64,000 nt of DNA from a virus. The notes beneath the pieces are model-generated. The model was not told the DNA's origin and did no database searches. It saw only the letters and a program-made list of their open reading frames with translations. Shown here one piece after another: positions 26,057-36,617 of the stretch. The DNA is taken from positions 1 through 64,000 of the IMG/VR virus record IMGVR_UViG_3300044729_003839, one strand, 5' to 3'. A program made the translations under genes and the position numbers. Position 1 is the first letter of the stretch; each line of letters starts with the position of its first letter.

Positions 26057-26848
26057 TTAGAAATTATCCGATTCCTGTAAACCGCCATCGTATGTAGTGA
26101 TATTTCCATCGCTGTCTTCGACCACTAAAATATCACCTTCTTGTGGATTCACGGCTTCCTGCGTGTCGGCGAACGATGCCAGGTCGCGGGTTGTTTCCAA
26201 TTCATCAAACAGTTTGTTAACTGCTAGTGTACTATCACTGATAATCGTTACATCGTTACGGCTTAAGTTGCCGCTAGGGCCTCTGTCCGTAACACTATTA
26301 ATAACTTCGGCGTTCTTTCTCCGATATATGTTCCAGCGATTGTTCGTGCCCCAACGCATTTCCCACCTCGCGAGAGATACATCGGTAAGAGACCGATCTC
26401 TTTGCGTGTTCGACATAACCATTGCACATTGACTGTTCCAATACCTGTACGCCTCTTGCCATTTAATACCTGTAGACGGACTTGCTTTACTCGCCCAGAT
26501 GTCAAGCTGCTTGAGTGCTGCCTCTGCCGCATCGACAACAGCTTGCCTAGGACGCAGCGTATCCAGATACCAGCGGGCAATAATAGCTTGCGTACGCCGA
26601 AACGACCCGGCAATCAACAACTTGCCTGCAGGCGGGGCAGTCTCTCTAAAACTTTGTATCAACAACGCCGCGTCATTCAACGCGAGTTGGATTTTTTCGT
26701 AGTTAATAGTGTTCGCGGTGGGATCTTCGAGCCGCGACAACTCAAGGGCCTCGTTGTACCCGAAAATGTCTATAAAATAGTCGACTGAAGCCGGGCTGCA
26801 CTGATCAGCTACACCGTGTGAATCGGGGGGTGGGGTGTACGGTGCCAT
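26057..26848 (-). CDS. Mu gp36-like (DUF1320) head-tail connector
   Basis: FIDIFG..E..ELS...INYEKIQLALNDAA...IARWYL. Confidence 0.7.
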   Translation of the reverse strand: MAPYTPPPDSHGVADQCSPASVDYFIDIFGYNEALELSRLEDPTANTINYEKIQLALNDAALLIQSFRETAPPAGKLLIAGSFRRTQAIIARWYLDTLRPRQAVVDAAEAALKQLDIWASKASPSTGIKWQEAYRYWNSQCAMVMSNTQRDRSLTDVSLARWEMRWGTNNRWNIYRRKNAEVINSVTDRGPSGNLSRNDVTIISDSTLAVNKLFDELETTRDLASFADTQEAVNPQEGDILVVEDSDGNITTYDGGLQESDNF

Positions 26849-26927
26849 TCAGTTCGCAAAACACTATTTATACAGAGCTTTCAACGAAAAATGTGCTAGA
26901 ATCCGGCCTGGTGAAGGCCTTTTTGGT

Positions 26928-27812
26928 ATGGAAGACACGAATTTTGTTGTTTACATGTATGTCAGGGAGGACGGTACTCCCTACTATATTGGGAAGGGTC
27001 GCCCCTGGAGACCTTACAGGAGAGGGGGAAGACCTTGTGTAACTCCTTCCAGAAATAGAATTTTAATTCTATGCAAAGATATAAGTGAAAAGTCAGCTCT
27101 GAGCATAGAAAAAGACTTAATAGCTGGGTATGGCAGAAAGGATCTAGATCCTGTCAACGGTTTATTGCGTAATCGTTCAGACGGGGGAGAGGGTACTTCT
27201 AATCCTTCACCGGAGAGGATTAAAAGACTCAGGGAAAGGATGACAGGGGAAAGAAACCCGATGTATGGGAAAAGAGGCATTTTGAGTCCAATTTTTGGTA
27301 TAAAACGCACAGAAGAGCAAAGAAGAAGAGCTTCAGAGCAGAAGAGGGGTCCTAATAATTCTTTTTATGGAAAGAAAGGCAAAGAACATAACAGATATGG
27401 CATACCTCACTCTCAGGAAACTCTAGAAAAAATATCTAAATTTTACGACTGGTATCACCCTAATCATGGTGAGATATTAAAAGTTTCAACTAGCAGATTG
27501 CCCGTTATGTTTCCAGACCAAAAGCTGGACAGATCTTCATTATGTAAAGTTTCGAATGGAATTTGTTACCACCACAAGGGCTGGAGACTTTTAAAAAATA
27601 AAGATGTAGACATCTGCAAAGAGTTGAGAAAATCCAGGAGAAAGGGCTCATACAACTGGCACCACAAAGACTATGGGGATCTAAAAGATCTCTCCTGTGT
27701 AGAGCTTATTGCTAAATTTCCGGAATTAAAACTGGCCCTTTCCTCTCTAAGTAAAGTTTCTTTGGGGAGTCAAAAAGCACATAGAGGTTGGAGCATAATT
27801 ATTACTGAGTAA
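26928..27812 (+). CDS. Free-standing GIY-YIG homing endonuclease with NUMOD3-like repeats
   Basis: VYMYVREDGTPYYIGKG; LRNRSDGGEG; NPMYGK, NSFYGK. Confidence 0.85.
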   Translation: MEDTNFVVYMYVREDGTPYYIGKGRPWRPYRRGGRPCVTPSRNRILILCKDISEKSALSIEKDLIAGYGRKDLDPVNGLLRNRSDGGEGTSNPSPERIKRLRERMTGERNPMYGKRGILSPIFGIKRTEEQRRRASEQKRGPNNSFYGKKGKEHNRYGIPHSQETLEKISKFYDWYHPNHGEILKVSTSRLPVMFPDQKLDRSSLCKVSNGICYHHKGWRLLKNKDVDICKELRKSRRKGSYNWHHKDYGDLKDLSCVELIAKFPELKLALSSLSKVSLGSQKAHRGWSIIITE

Positions 27813-27816
27813 TAAT

Positions 27817-27848
27817 AAAAAAAAAAATCCCGTCATTTCTGACGGGAT
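27817..27848 (-). terminator. Rho-independent terminator after the major capsid gene
   Basis: ATCCCGTCA-TTTC-TGACGGGAT stem with an 11-nt U run on the minus strand. Confidence 0.8.
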
Positions 27849-27870
27849 AGCTATTAAATCAGTCAGTTAA

Positions 27871-29749
27871 TCAGGCAGATTGACCGACGGGATTAAGGAA
27901 GACAGCACCAGCGCCTGCCCTACCAGTTTGTCCCAAACCAACTAACTCAAAGGATCGCTCAACTAAGATGTCACCTTCAAAAACTCTCCGTTCTACGTTA
28001 AATCTTTCTGGCGTAGAGATGGGGTAACCGGAAAGCGTATAGGTATAGGCAAAAGCCGGGTTACCATAGTTAGCATCTAAGAGCGGAGTAAATCCATCCG
28101 AGGCAGCAGAAGGCTGATAGAACAAAATGGCGATATTATCATAGATATTCACCAGTTCGTCTGTCTCAGGGTCCAACTTAAGACGGCGTGCAACACGGAT
28201 TTCGTCAAGACCAAAGATCTCGGCGAGAGTCTTTTCGTTAACGAGCACACCACGTTGCATAAAATCCCTGATTCTTTTATTGCGTTTTAATGCATTAAAC
28301 GCATCAGGAGAGATAACCATCTTATTGGGATAAACAGAACATTGCGTACGCACTTGCTCTTTCATCTCATCAATAAGAACTTCAATGTCAGAAGTTGGGC
28401 TATTGAACTGATCAGCACCACTGTTATAAGTAGCGAGGTCGAGTACGTTACCGGACTCGTACTGAGTAATATCAGTAACTTTCTCCGATACCTCCACTTC
28501 CCAGCTCTGCATCAAGGATTCCGCAGCTCTTTTAGCCACAAAGGCTCTGAGGTCGATAGCAGCAGCACCATTCTTAGCTTCAGCGGCGACTTCTTCAGTC
28601 AACTGCCAGCTAATAGCTTCTTGCCGAAGCGAAAAGCTACGAGTTCCGAACTCGGATTGGATTTTCTGGATATTGGTACCAGGAGCACGCAGGTAAGACA
28701 ACGCAGCAAAAGCTTCCTTGCCAAACACAAGCGTTCTACCAGCACGAACACTCATTGATACGGATGGCCCAAAGAATGTAGCAACACCTTCAGCCTGCCT
28801 ATAACCTTGAGCGATTTGTGTAAGAATTGGGTCAATTACCGATCTGTTAACTTAGAGTTGTTTATCTCTAATCTCCGATTTCTCGGAGTGTCGGACTATA
28901 TCATCACAAAGAAGATATTATCTTTGTGTCGGGCACTCGTGTCGGCTTCATCACTGTTCTAGTGGTATGCCGTTAGTCTCTGAACCTTCTAATCATCCCT
29001 GATTAGCTTGGCTGCTGATTACCTTTTGGGGACTAACCCTTCTGAAGACTTCCAGCAATTCACCCGATTTTACCTCCTGGTAGAGTACATTAGGTGCGTA
29101 TTGAGGGAGTTTTGATGCTTTCCCCAGTATCTCAATAGAGGAACCAGAAAAAACTTTAAACCTTTTCCCTGTAGTTGCCCAGTTTCTCAGAGTATTTTGG
29201 TTTATACCCAAATACTGACTAATAATACTGGTTCCAACGAATATTAAAACTTGACCGTTATGGTGCATTTTATAAACGTTGGATTTAGCCCTAAGACCAC
29301 CCACCGAGCCAGCTCTTTTTGAGGTTTCTGAGTGAAGTTCTGTTCCATTGTAGGATTTAAACCCGTTATAATTTTTAACAAAACTTCTAGCATGTCTACC
29401 CCATTCTCCGCCAGCTCTAGAACCATTTAAGCCATTTTTCCAAGAATTGTAGAGGTCAATATAGTAAGTCTCTCTGCTTCCCATTTCAGAAGAATCGTTT
29501 ATTTCTTCTAGAATTTGAAATTCAAAAGATTCAATACCATATTCAGAAAATGCCTCTTGGAGTTTCTTGGCCGACCTAAATCCGTTAATATGCTGTTTCC
29601 ACCTTTTATGGATGTTGACAGATTTACCTACATAAACTAAACTTTCTTCAGTTTTATGCTTGATTAGGTAGATTCCGGATTTAATCATGTCGAGGCTTGA
29701 GTTCTACGAAGGCCGCGTATTATTCACGGACTTGATCTAAATTCATCAT
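27871..29749 (-). CDS. Major capsid protein, spliced: join(29749..29726, 28839..27871), 330 aa
   Basis: Spliced N-terminus MMNLDQVR|VIDPILTQIAQGY; YPNKMVIS..AFNALK; PAFAYTY; lies after protease and decoration genes. Confidence 0.85.
28840..29725 (-). mobile_element. Group I intron (886 nt) in the major capsid gene
   Basis: Exon ends in U with P1 CCGU/GCGG; terminal G; core elements GAATTGCTGGAA, AATCAGCAG, GTTCAGAGACTA, GATATAGTCC. Confidence 0.88.
28993..29688 (-). CDS. Intron-encoded GIY-YIG endonuclease
   Basis: SGIYLI...VYVGKSVNIHKRWKQH; 3' end runs into the intron core. Confidence 0.9.
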   Translation of the reverse strand: MIKSGIYLIKHKTEESLVYVGKSVNIHKRWKQHINGFRSAKKLQEAFSEYGIESFEFQILEEINDSSEMGSRETYYIDLYNSWKNGLNGSRAGGEWGRHARSFVKNYNGFKSYNGTELHSETSKRAGSVGGLRAKSNVYKMHHNGQVLIFVGTSIISQYLGINQNTLRNWATTGKRFKVFSGSSIEILGKASKLPQYAPNVLYQEVKSGELLEVFRRVSPQKVISSQANQG

Positions 29750-29767
29750 GATAGTTAACTCTCCTTA

Positions 29768-30493
29768 TCAGTTAGTTTGTGCGCCAGCTTCGTTGCCAAG
29801 CTTCACGCGGATGAATTGACCAGCACCAGCGGCGCTGATAACATCGAGGCAACGACCGAGCACAACCTTTCCGCCAGCAGTGCTAGAAGCAGTACCGGAA
29901 GTAGTCGAGTACACCGCACTATCCACAGCAAAAGTAGAGGTCGAATCCACTTCCACAATGGCGATACCGGTAGTCACAACACTCATCAGGGACTGATAGG
30001 GGAAGACACCAGGCTTGCGGGGGGTAGTCGAAGGATTGCTTTGACCTTCGTAGGTGCCAGGCCAGATAAAGGCGCTGGTGCCAGTGGAAACAGCGGTTGC
30101 CGGGGCAGGAGCCACAGTCGCACTAAGGTCACTAGCGATGCTCATCACTCGGAAGAGCTGACCGCCTACTTGGATCGTGGTACCGACTTCGAGTTCAGTC
30201 TCAAACTCAGTAGTAACACCGGTCATAACTCCGGTGGTAGCGATGCCAAGGGTACCAGTCAGTTGAGTAAGAGTTGCATCTTCAACTTGATAGCCTTTTT
30301 CAGAAAGAACACCTTGGCCATAAAGCTTAAAGATGTTCACGCCAGCGGCATAGCCACCAGCAGAGGGGTAAGCGCCATCGCGCTTAACAAAACGACAACG
30401 TTCAATACCATTAGTGAGGGCGGTACTGTTAGTGACAGTCACGGTCTCGACATACTGGTGATCAAACGACATATAGCGAGGATCTTTCGCCAT
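29768..30493 (-). CDS. Capsid decoration/cement-like protein with inserted beta domain
   Basis: Between protease and MCP; SVVTTGIAIVE...LGRCLD..SAAGAGQFIRVKL. Confidence 0.7.
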   Translation of the reverse strand: MAKDPRYMSFDHQYVETVTVTNSTALTNGIERCRFVKRDGAYPSAGGYAAGVNIFKLYGQGVLSEKGYQVEDATLTQLTGTLGIATTGVMTGVTTEFETELEVGTTIQVGGQLFRVMSIASDLSATVAPAPATAVSTGTSAFIWPGTYEGQSNPSTTPRKPGVFPYQSLMSVVTTGIAIVEVDSTSTFAVDSAVYSTTSGTASSTAGGKVVLGRCLDVISAAGAGQFIRVKLGNEAGAQTN

Positions 30494-30636
30494 GTATTTT
30501 AATCTCCTTAAGTTAGGGGGTTATTAGACAATTGGTTTCGGTTTATGTAACCTGGGGTATAGATATTAAGTAAATATATTTTACTTTTTTGAATATCTAT
30601 CGGGGGCGTAAGCCCCCGTGTTACACCGATACGTGA

Positions 30637-32208
30637 TCAGTCCTCGTTATTGAGGACGAATTTGATGGCGGACATGTAGTCCGTGCCATTCTTTTCCGAG
30701 TATTCCACTGCCTTGGCATGGATCTCGGCATTACGCTGATCGAACACATAGCCGTCAGCGCTGGGGCGAGGAGCCTTAGGCTTTTTAGGCGCTGTAGCGG
30801 CAGGCGCTACTTCTTCGAACGAGACCATGGCCGGGAGTTTCTCAAGCATCGACTTCATGAAGTCGAATTGAGTAGCTTTGCCCGCCTCGCTAAAGTTGAC
30901 GTTGTTCTTGGAATTCAAGGTTTCCATGAACCGGGACAAGTCGTTAATCGGCACGACTTGCTCGGTAAGTTGTCCCTTCTCGTAAAGGTTTTCACAGAAA
31001 TCTGTAATCTCCTTCTGGCGCATAAGCCGCCTCTGAGCAGCAAGCTCTTCTTCCAGTTGGGCGACTTTCTCGGCGAGCGGATCCTGAGACTTCGTCTCAG
31101 AAAACTCGGCAACACTATCCTCTGGATCTTTAGATTCAGAGTAACCGGGCATCATCCCTTCGCCCATCTCTTGCGAGCCCTGAGCAAGCTGATACAGCGC
31201 CATGATCAGTTGTTCTTCGGTGTATTGAGAAGCGAGTTCGGAGGCAACTTGCTCGTCATCATCACCAGACATGTCTTCGACATCGGCGCCTTCGGCGGGT
31301 GGCATATCACCCTCGCCTTCCTCACCACCCGGGCCTTCGCCATCCTCGGGCAACGGCTCACCTTCACCATCACCTTCATCGCCCATCTCCTCACCATCAG
31401 GCCCTTCGACCATGTCTGTTCGTTGGAGGCTGGGGTCAGCGCTACCGGGCATAGGAGTTTCGGGCAGCATACCGTCCGCATACTCCATGTCATAAGGAGC
31501 GGGCGAGCCACTCGCCTGAGTAGCAATACCGCTGTCATCAACTTCAGTGGGCGCGGTATCCGCTTGCCCCATCCCATTGATGTTCACATTAATCGTCATG
31601 CCTTTCCCGTCGGCGTGGTCAACAACCTGCTGTTGGGGGGCTTCGGTTTTTCTTTTAGCCATAGTAGAAAAAGTTTCCTGGAATGAAATAGAAGACTCCC
31701 TTGGAGTTATTGTGATCGAGCCTTCGGGGTTAGTTTCGGAAAAGGCTGTAAGACCTTTCACCGCTGGGATGGACACAAGTCCGAGGTGGCGCAGGCATAG
31801 ACTGCCCGGAGCGGGGTTGGTGTCAGCGTCGGGCAAATAGAACGAGCTACTTACCTTTTTAAAGACGCCGTCACGAATAAGCCTTTCAGCTTTGGGGGTA
31901 AGTTCGACCTTGCCCCAAAGCGACTTACCTTTGCGCCAGACTTCACGAACCCAGCCAAGGGCCGGGGTCGCGTCATCTTGCTCATGTCCGATAATTAAAG
32001 GAGCTTCGTGCTTGTTCGGGTTGTAGCTAGTGACAACCTGATCAAGATCTCCCTCCTCAAATACCATTTTCTGGCCCGTAGAACTAATCTGCGGTCCGGA
32101 CCTGAACAGCTCGACATAAACAACCCGTTTGGGTTGTTGTTCTGTCAAAGGGGAAGAGGCGTTTAAAACCTCTTCACCCCCTAACTGACCTTTAAAACGT
32201 CTGGCCAT
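30637..32208 (-). CDS. Mu I-like prohead protease/scaffold protein
   Basis: APLIIGH...PALGWV; FKKVSSSFY; LRHLGLVSIPAVKGL; acidic linker and coiled coil. Confidence 0.85.
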   Translation of the reverse strand: MARRFKGQLGGEEVLNASSPLTEQQPKRVVYVELFRSGPQISSTGQKMVFEEGDLDQVVTSYNPNKHEAPLIIGHEQDDATPALGWVREVWRKGKSLWGKVELTPKAERLIRDGVFKKVSSSFYLPDADTNPAPGSLCLRHLGLVSIPAVKGLTAFSETNPEGSITITPRESSISFQETFSTMAKRKTEAPQQQVVDHADGKGMTINVNINGMGQADTAPTEVDDSGIATQASGSPAPYDMEYADGMLPETPMPGSADPSLQRTDMVEGPDGEEMGDEGDGEGEPLPEDGEGPGGEEGEGDMPPAEGADVEDMSGDDDEQVASELASQYTEEQLIMALYQLAQGSQEMGEGMMPGYSESKDPEDSVAEFSETKSQDPLAEKVAQLEEELAAQRRLMRQKEITDFCENLYEKGQLTEQVVPINDLSRFMETLNSKNNVNFSEAGKATQFDFMKSMLEKLPAMVSFEEVAPAATAPKKPKAPRPSADGYVFDQRNAEIHAKAVEYSEKNGTDYMSAIKFVLNNED

Positions 32209-32218
32209 ATACTTTGCT

Positions 32219-35047
32219 TTACACGCCTAGGTTGGTCGCCCGTAAGAAGGCGTCGAACCTTTCACCGTTCCGGCTGAACGAATCGCTCAGGAGAGATACC
32301 TGACCAAGCGGCGTGCGAACAATCGTAATAGCAAGCCTTTCAAGGGTCGGGCTTGTCGCGACATAAGCATCCATTCGAACAGTACCCTGCTCGAGAAGTT
32401 CGGGAGAGTTATTAGAATCACCACAAACCACGAGATAAGCTTGCTCGGGTACAGAGCCAAATAACGCGCCCTGGTTATAGAACTGGTTTAGGACTTGTGT
32501 CGCAATCGAACTTACTTTGCTGTACACCGTACCGGCAGAGTCAATACTCTCGAAGAGAATGTCATCAAAGCTGCGATTCATAACATCAATCAACGCGTTG
32601 AGGATTACGCGGGTATTGACGAAGCGGAACAGCGGAGAACTGGACAGAGTTCGAGAACCCCAGACCACAATTCCACGGTTAGGAAGCGAACGGATTGGAT
32701 TAAGACCCAAGGCGTAAGTAACTTCTTGCTGCTGAGCACTGATTTTGAATTTGACATCGTTTACGCCGCGCAGCGGGTAACGAGAACCGGCAGGGGGCTG
32801 CTGGAATCCTTCGTTGATGTAACGACTGGACGCGATACCGGCCACGTAACCGCTTGCGGGCACGAAGCGATCGTCCGTATTACGAAGGTACGGTGCAAAG
32901 TAAGCGGCATGCCCGAAGGGAACGCCCACGACACGCTTAATAAGGCTGAGTTCATCTTGCGCTTCGGACACGTTTTCAATATCCCCCCCGCAATCGATCA
33001 ACGCCATATGCTGGGTGTTTGTAATACCTTCGGTGGTGCCGAAACGCCCTTCGGCAGCCGCCACAAGCGTCTGTGTGACCTTCAGGCGTTCGCCAGCCGC
33101 ATCGCTCTTGGATGCGAGGTCCGAGCCTGCCCCATACGCAAGCTCTCTATATGCCTCAGGGGCAAACAAGAACCCGGGAGCGTAGTACTCACCGCCCATA
33201 CCTTTTTCAATGGCATATACAAAGTCTTGAGCTTTGGCTTGGGCGGACATTTTGTAAGACGCGTAGCCTACGTTCTCATCAATAGACGTCAGCTTGACCA
33301 CATTCTCGTCAATAAGCCCTTGGCGATTAGTCCCCGAAAGTACCGGGCTTACAATCCCATTTTTGGAGGTAATCTTTACCTTAAGAATGTAGTCGTGCGA
33401 GAAGAAGCCGTTGGCAAACGATTTATCAACATAGGCTTTGGTACCGGCGGTCACGGTGACGGTGGCCGGAGTCACCACTATTGCGGTGTTGCTAGTAAGC
33501 GTGGTTACGGTGAACCGAGTTCCACCAGCCACAAGCACACTCCCCACACCGAGTTCTTGTGTGAACAAAGTTCCGACACCAGTGACATTGCCACCGGCAA
33601 CGGCAACAGTCCCCGTCAGTTCGATATCATTGATATCCGGACGGATAAAGGGCGAGCCGTGACTCGACACGAGATTATTAATCACCCGATATCCGTTGTT
33701 CGGTGCGTAGACACCTGCCGAGTACTCAGAGCCGGTAGAAACCGCTTCGACATTATAATATTGGTCAAGATCTTTCTCCTGCAGGATAGAGATGATCTCG
33801 TCGCGGAGATTTTCTGCAAGTTCATCCGGATCCGCACCGTTAACAATCAGTGCGCGATTCTCACCCGCCACGCGAATGTAAAACACTTGCACCGAGTCGG
33901 GCAGATAACCGCTTCGCACACCGGCACTGATAGTCCCTGTAGGGACAACAGCATTCAGGCCGGACACAAGCTTAGTGAACTTACTGGTTGAGGTGGAGTA
34001 AGTCCAGTACGCGGCATCGGCATCGGGCCATTTATCACCCGACCCTACACCGGACGTAAAGTCCTTGCTAATAGCAACGATCTTGCCGTTAGGTACACTG
34101 GCATAAATACCCTGATCGGCCAGGAAATCCTTAAGCGCGGAGGACTTGTCATCCGCATCGGTCATATCATAAGTGCCGGGGGTGTCGCTATTCGCGGCGG
34201 CAACAAACAAGCTCAGGGCCGAACCGTCCACATAAAGAACAGGTTCGCCAGTGGCGATGTCGCGGCTGTTACAACGGAAATTAACCTCTTTGACCGAAGT
34301 GTACACCTTGATGATATCGGCAGTGTTCAGCGAGAGCTTAGTCGCATATTGCGTATCACTGATGTTATAGGCAAAGAAATCGTCAACCTCCGGCAACACC
34401 GAGTTGTCCCGGGCGAAAATGCGGAATCTGCCCAACAGCGCTTCGTCCGCAGTCTGCTCGACCCGATAGAAGTCGGAGAAGCTGTCCGAGTTACCACTAG
34501 ACAAATACTCGTACAGATCGCGAGCATTATCCAGTTTGTCAATACCGGTCGTGGTAATGACTTTGATTTCATCACCATCGTCGTCCGGAACACCAATAGG
34601 CGTACCGAAATAACGGCCATTCACCTTCAACGCGAAGGCGTTATACCCCGCACCAGCGCTACTCGGTTGCAGGTCGATAACCGTCTCGGGCGTCGGGGTT
34701 ACTCGTGTAAAGTAAAGAATTCCATTAACACCTACGTTGTCGAAGTACGCTTTGACCGAGTCGTAGGTAGTGAGTGCGCCGCGACTGCCGGTAGGAGCTG
34801 ATCCACCAATCTGATTCAAAAAGTCCTGTGCCGACGCGACTTGAGTCGGGGTGTAAGGCAGGAAGGACGAGTAGATTCCCTCTGCATTGTCGCCGTAATA
34901 CTCTTCGGCCGGGGTCGTACCGAACAAATAACCGACCGCATGGGTCGCAATGGGTTGCGGAAGACCTCCGGTCACCGACTGGGCGATAAAAACCCCTGGC
35001 CGGTTAAGGTTAGCCGCATTGACTGTAATCGAAGTTGCCAAGGTCAA
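32219..35047 (-). CDS. Contractile tail sheath protein
   Basis: RPGVFI N-terminus; PASGYVAG, QPPAG, LNPIRSLPNRGIVVWGSRTL. Confidence 0.92.
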   Translation of the reverse strand: MTLATSITVNAANLNRPGVFIAQSVTGGLPQPIATHAVGYLFGTTPAEEYYGDNAEGIYSSFLPYTPTQVASAQDFLNQIGGSAPTGSRGALTTYDSVKAYFDNVGVNGILYFTRVTPTPETVIDLQPSSAGAGYNAFALKVNGRYFGTPIGVPDDDGDEIKVITTTGIDKLDNARDLYEYLSSGNSDSFSDFYRVEQTADEALLGRFRIFARDNSVLPEVDDFFAYNISDTQYATKLSLNTADIIKVYTSVKEVNFRCNSRDIATGEPVLYVDGSALSLFVAAANSDTPGTYDMTDADDKSSALKDFLADQGIYASVPNGKIVAISKDFTSGVGSGDKWPDADAAYWTYSTSTSKFTKLVSGLNAVVPTGTISAGVRSGYLPDSVQVFYIRVAGENRALIVNGADPDELAENLRDEIISILQEKDLDQYYNVEAVSTGSEYSAGVYAPNNGYRVINNLVSSHGSPFIRPDINDIELTGTVAVAGGNVTGVGTLFTQELGVGSVLVAGGTRFTVTTLTSNTAIVVTPATVTVTAGTKAYVDKSFANGFFSHDYILKVKITSKNGIVSPVLSGTNRQGLIDENVVKLTSIDENVGYASYKMSAQAKAQDFVYAIEKGMGGEYYAPGFLFAPEAYRELAYGAGSDLASKSDAAGERLKVTQTLVAAAEGRFGTTEGITNTQHMALIDCGGDIENVSEAQDELSLIKRVVGVPFGHAAYFAPYLRNTDDRFVPASGYVAGIASSRYINEGFQQPPAGSRYPLRGVNDVKFKISAQQQEVTYALGLNPIRSLPNRGIVVWGSRTLSSSPLFRFVNTRVILNALIDVMNRSFDDILFESIDSAGTVYSKVSSIATQVLNQFYNQGALFGSVPEQAYLVVCGDSNNSPELLEQGTVRMDAYVATSPTLERLAITIVRTPLGQVSLLSDSFSRNGERFDAFLRATNLGV

Positions 35048-35094
35048 ATTCTCCGTTTTGACAGACTTATCACTAAGCTTTCAACTACCTGCAC

Positions 35095-35385
35095 CTAATT
35101 TGCAACTCCCATGCCCTGATATAATTCGTATAACGAGTTCACAAGCCAGTCCGAACAAAAAACTTCACCATTCAAGATCTGTTTCTTGCCTAACATCTTG
35201 CTCACTCTGCGTACAAGTTTATTAAAATCTTCTGAATCAATCACCTTAGAAGTGGATACCACAAACCGGTTAAGCTCAGTAATATCAGCCTTCAAACACA
35301 CCGCGTATAATATTAACGCCATGTGCAAGAATTCTTCGGGCGTAGCATCTGCGCTAAACTTGTGGACTGACGGGTTCTTCTGCAT
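35095..35385 (-). CDS. Hypothetical protein
   Basis: 96-aa ORF in tail operon. Confidence 0.6.
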   Translation of the reverse strand: MQKNPSVHKFSADATPEEFLHMALILYAVCLKADITELNRFVVSTSKVIDSEDFNKLVRRVSKMLGKKQILNGEVFCSDWLVNSLYELYQGMGVAN

Positions 35386-35806
35386 TTCCTTGTGGATTAT
35401 TCATTTGATCCATCGCCTCTTTATGGATAAGGCACATGGCGGCAAACTTGGACAGGGGGATTTTTTCCATTTCCGATACATTTTGAAACGAGCCGTTTTG
35501 AATGGAATAGCATTGCCTGAGCCAGGACTCTTTGTCCAAGTAGTTAACTAGAATGGTATTTGATATCGCCTTGTACAAGGCGCGGATAGCGCGGGGGGTA
35601 AGTTGCGATATACGTGTCGGAGACTCTGACACCTTGAGAAGGTTGAGCACTTTGACCAGGGAATCCGCGCTTAAAGTTTTGCCGTCATCCGATAACAAAT
35701 AGTCAAAGAATTCGATGTCCGCGCCTGTCGCATCGCGAAACACTATCTCGTTACCCACCTCGTCTAAACAAGTAACGGTATAATCATAACTCTCCTGTAC
35801 CGTCAC
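35354..35806 (-). CDS. Putative tail assembly or baseplate chaperone
   Basis: IVFRDATGADI; operon context. Confidence 0.55.
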   Translation of the reverse strand: MTVQESYDYTVTCLDEVGNEIVFRDATGADIEFFDYLLSDDGKTLSADSLVKVLNLLKVSESPTRISQLTPRAIRALYKAISNTILVNYLDKESWLRQCYSIQNGSFQNVSEMEKIPLSKFAAMCLIHKEAMDQMNNPQGNAEEPVSPQV

Positions 35807-36158
35807 TTTTCATATCTTTGTCATCCGCCCCCAGAAGTTGGTTAATCGCCTCGCCCAGGAGACGGATTTGTTTTGCGCGAAGACGTTTCGCATCCTTAAG
35901 GGTGAGTTTTCTACCTCCGTTCTCCGGACTATGCAAGATGCAAATCGTTTTCAGAGTCGCCTGGATCTCATCAAGTTTCTCATCATTCGAGATGGAAGTA
36001 ATTTCAATCAAGTCTTCGGCGGACGGCTCGTGCAGAGACAGGAATTTACCCGGCGCGATTTCCACCGAGATGATTTCAGCAGGACCGAAGTCAAATTCGT
36101 CAAGACCGTCATTAACCGACGTCTCGATCTCTCTAATTGTCTTAGAACTCAAAGCCAT
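35784..36158 (-). CDS. Putative tail assembly chaperone
   Basis: LSLHEPSAEDL...LGEAINQLL, typical size and pattern. Confidence 0.55.
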   Translation of the reverse strand: MALSSKTIREIETSVNDGLDEFDFGPAEIISVEIAPGKFLSLHEPSAEDLIEITSISNDEKLDEIQATLKTICILHSPENGGRKLTLKDAKRLRAKQIRLLGEAINQLLGADDKDMKSDGTGEL

Positions 36159-36250
36159 TTTTACAAGTGCGGGCTAAAAGTCTTTAAACGGTTTTTTCGC
36201 CAACTGTAAAAAGTTGAAAGCTTTGGGTAGGATAAGCTTGTCGTTGTCAA

Positions 36251-36589
36251 ATGGCGGTTCAAATAAATCCGTACCTGAGGTGGGTTGGGGTACGTCAAAA
36301 TTCTGATTATCGCTCGAGGGAGACGCAAGCCTCGAGTCTGACAAGGCAGATGCTGAGTCAGGCGGAATATCTACGCAATCGGAACAGAGTAAATCCCGGC
36401 CCGTTACGCAATTTACGTGCTAATGCGGCTGACTCAGCACAACAAATCCCGCACGGCACATGCAACGAAGATGTATGGGGATGGCAGAAATGGACGGAAG
36501 AGGGCGAGTATTTACTCCCTACTGATCTGGCAACTAATCTGCTTGAACGCCAGAATTTAAAAGACATTCCCGGGTGCGGTGAAAGCTAA
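36251..36589 (+). CDS. Hypothetical late protein
   Basis: GTTGAAAGC at 36213. Confidence 0.65.
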   Translation: MAVQINPYLRWVGVRQNSDYRSRETQASSLTRQMLSQAEYLRNRNRVNPGPLRNLRANAADSAQQIPHGTCNEDVWGWQKWTEEGEYLLPTDLATNLLERQNLKDIPGCGES

Positions 36590-36617
36590 ATAGTATAATA
36601 CATGAGATGTCGAGTTA

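Noticed and set aside
30557-30618. Two hairpins between the protease and decoration genes as a terminator
   Set aside because: The stems are real but no U-run follows the GC stem on the coding strand, so a function cannot be assigned.
29777-33991. Long plus-strand ORFs 29777-30502, 30718-31686 and 32495-33991
   Set aside because: Antisense shadows of the decoration, protease and sheath genes with no recognisable motifs.
35784-35830. Programmed frameshift between the two putative tail chaperones
   Set aside because: No XXXYYYZ slippery heptamer is visible at the overlap.
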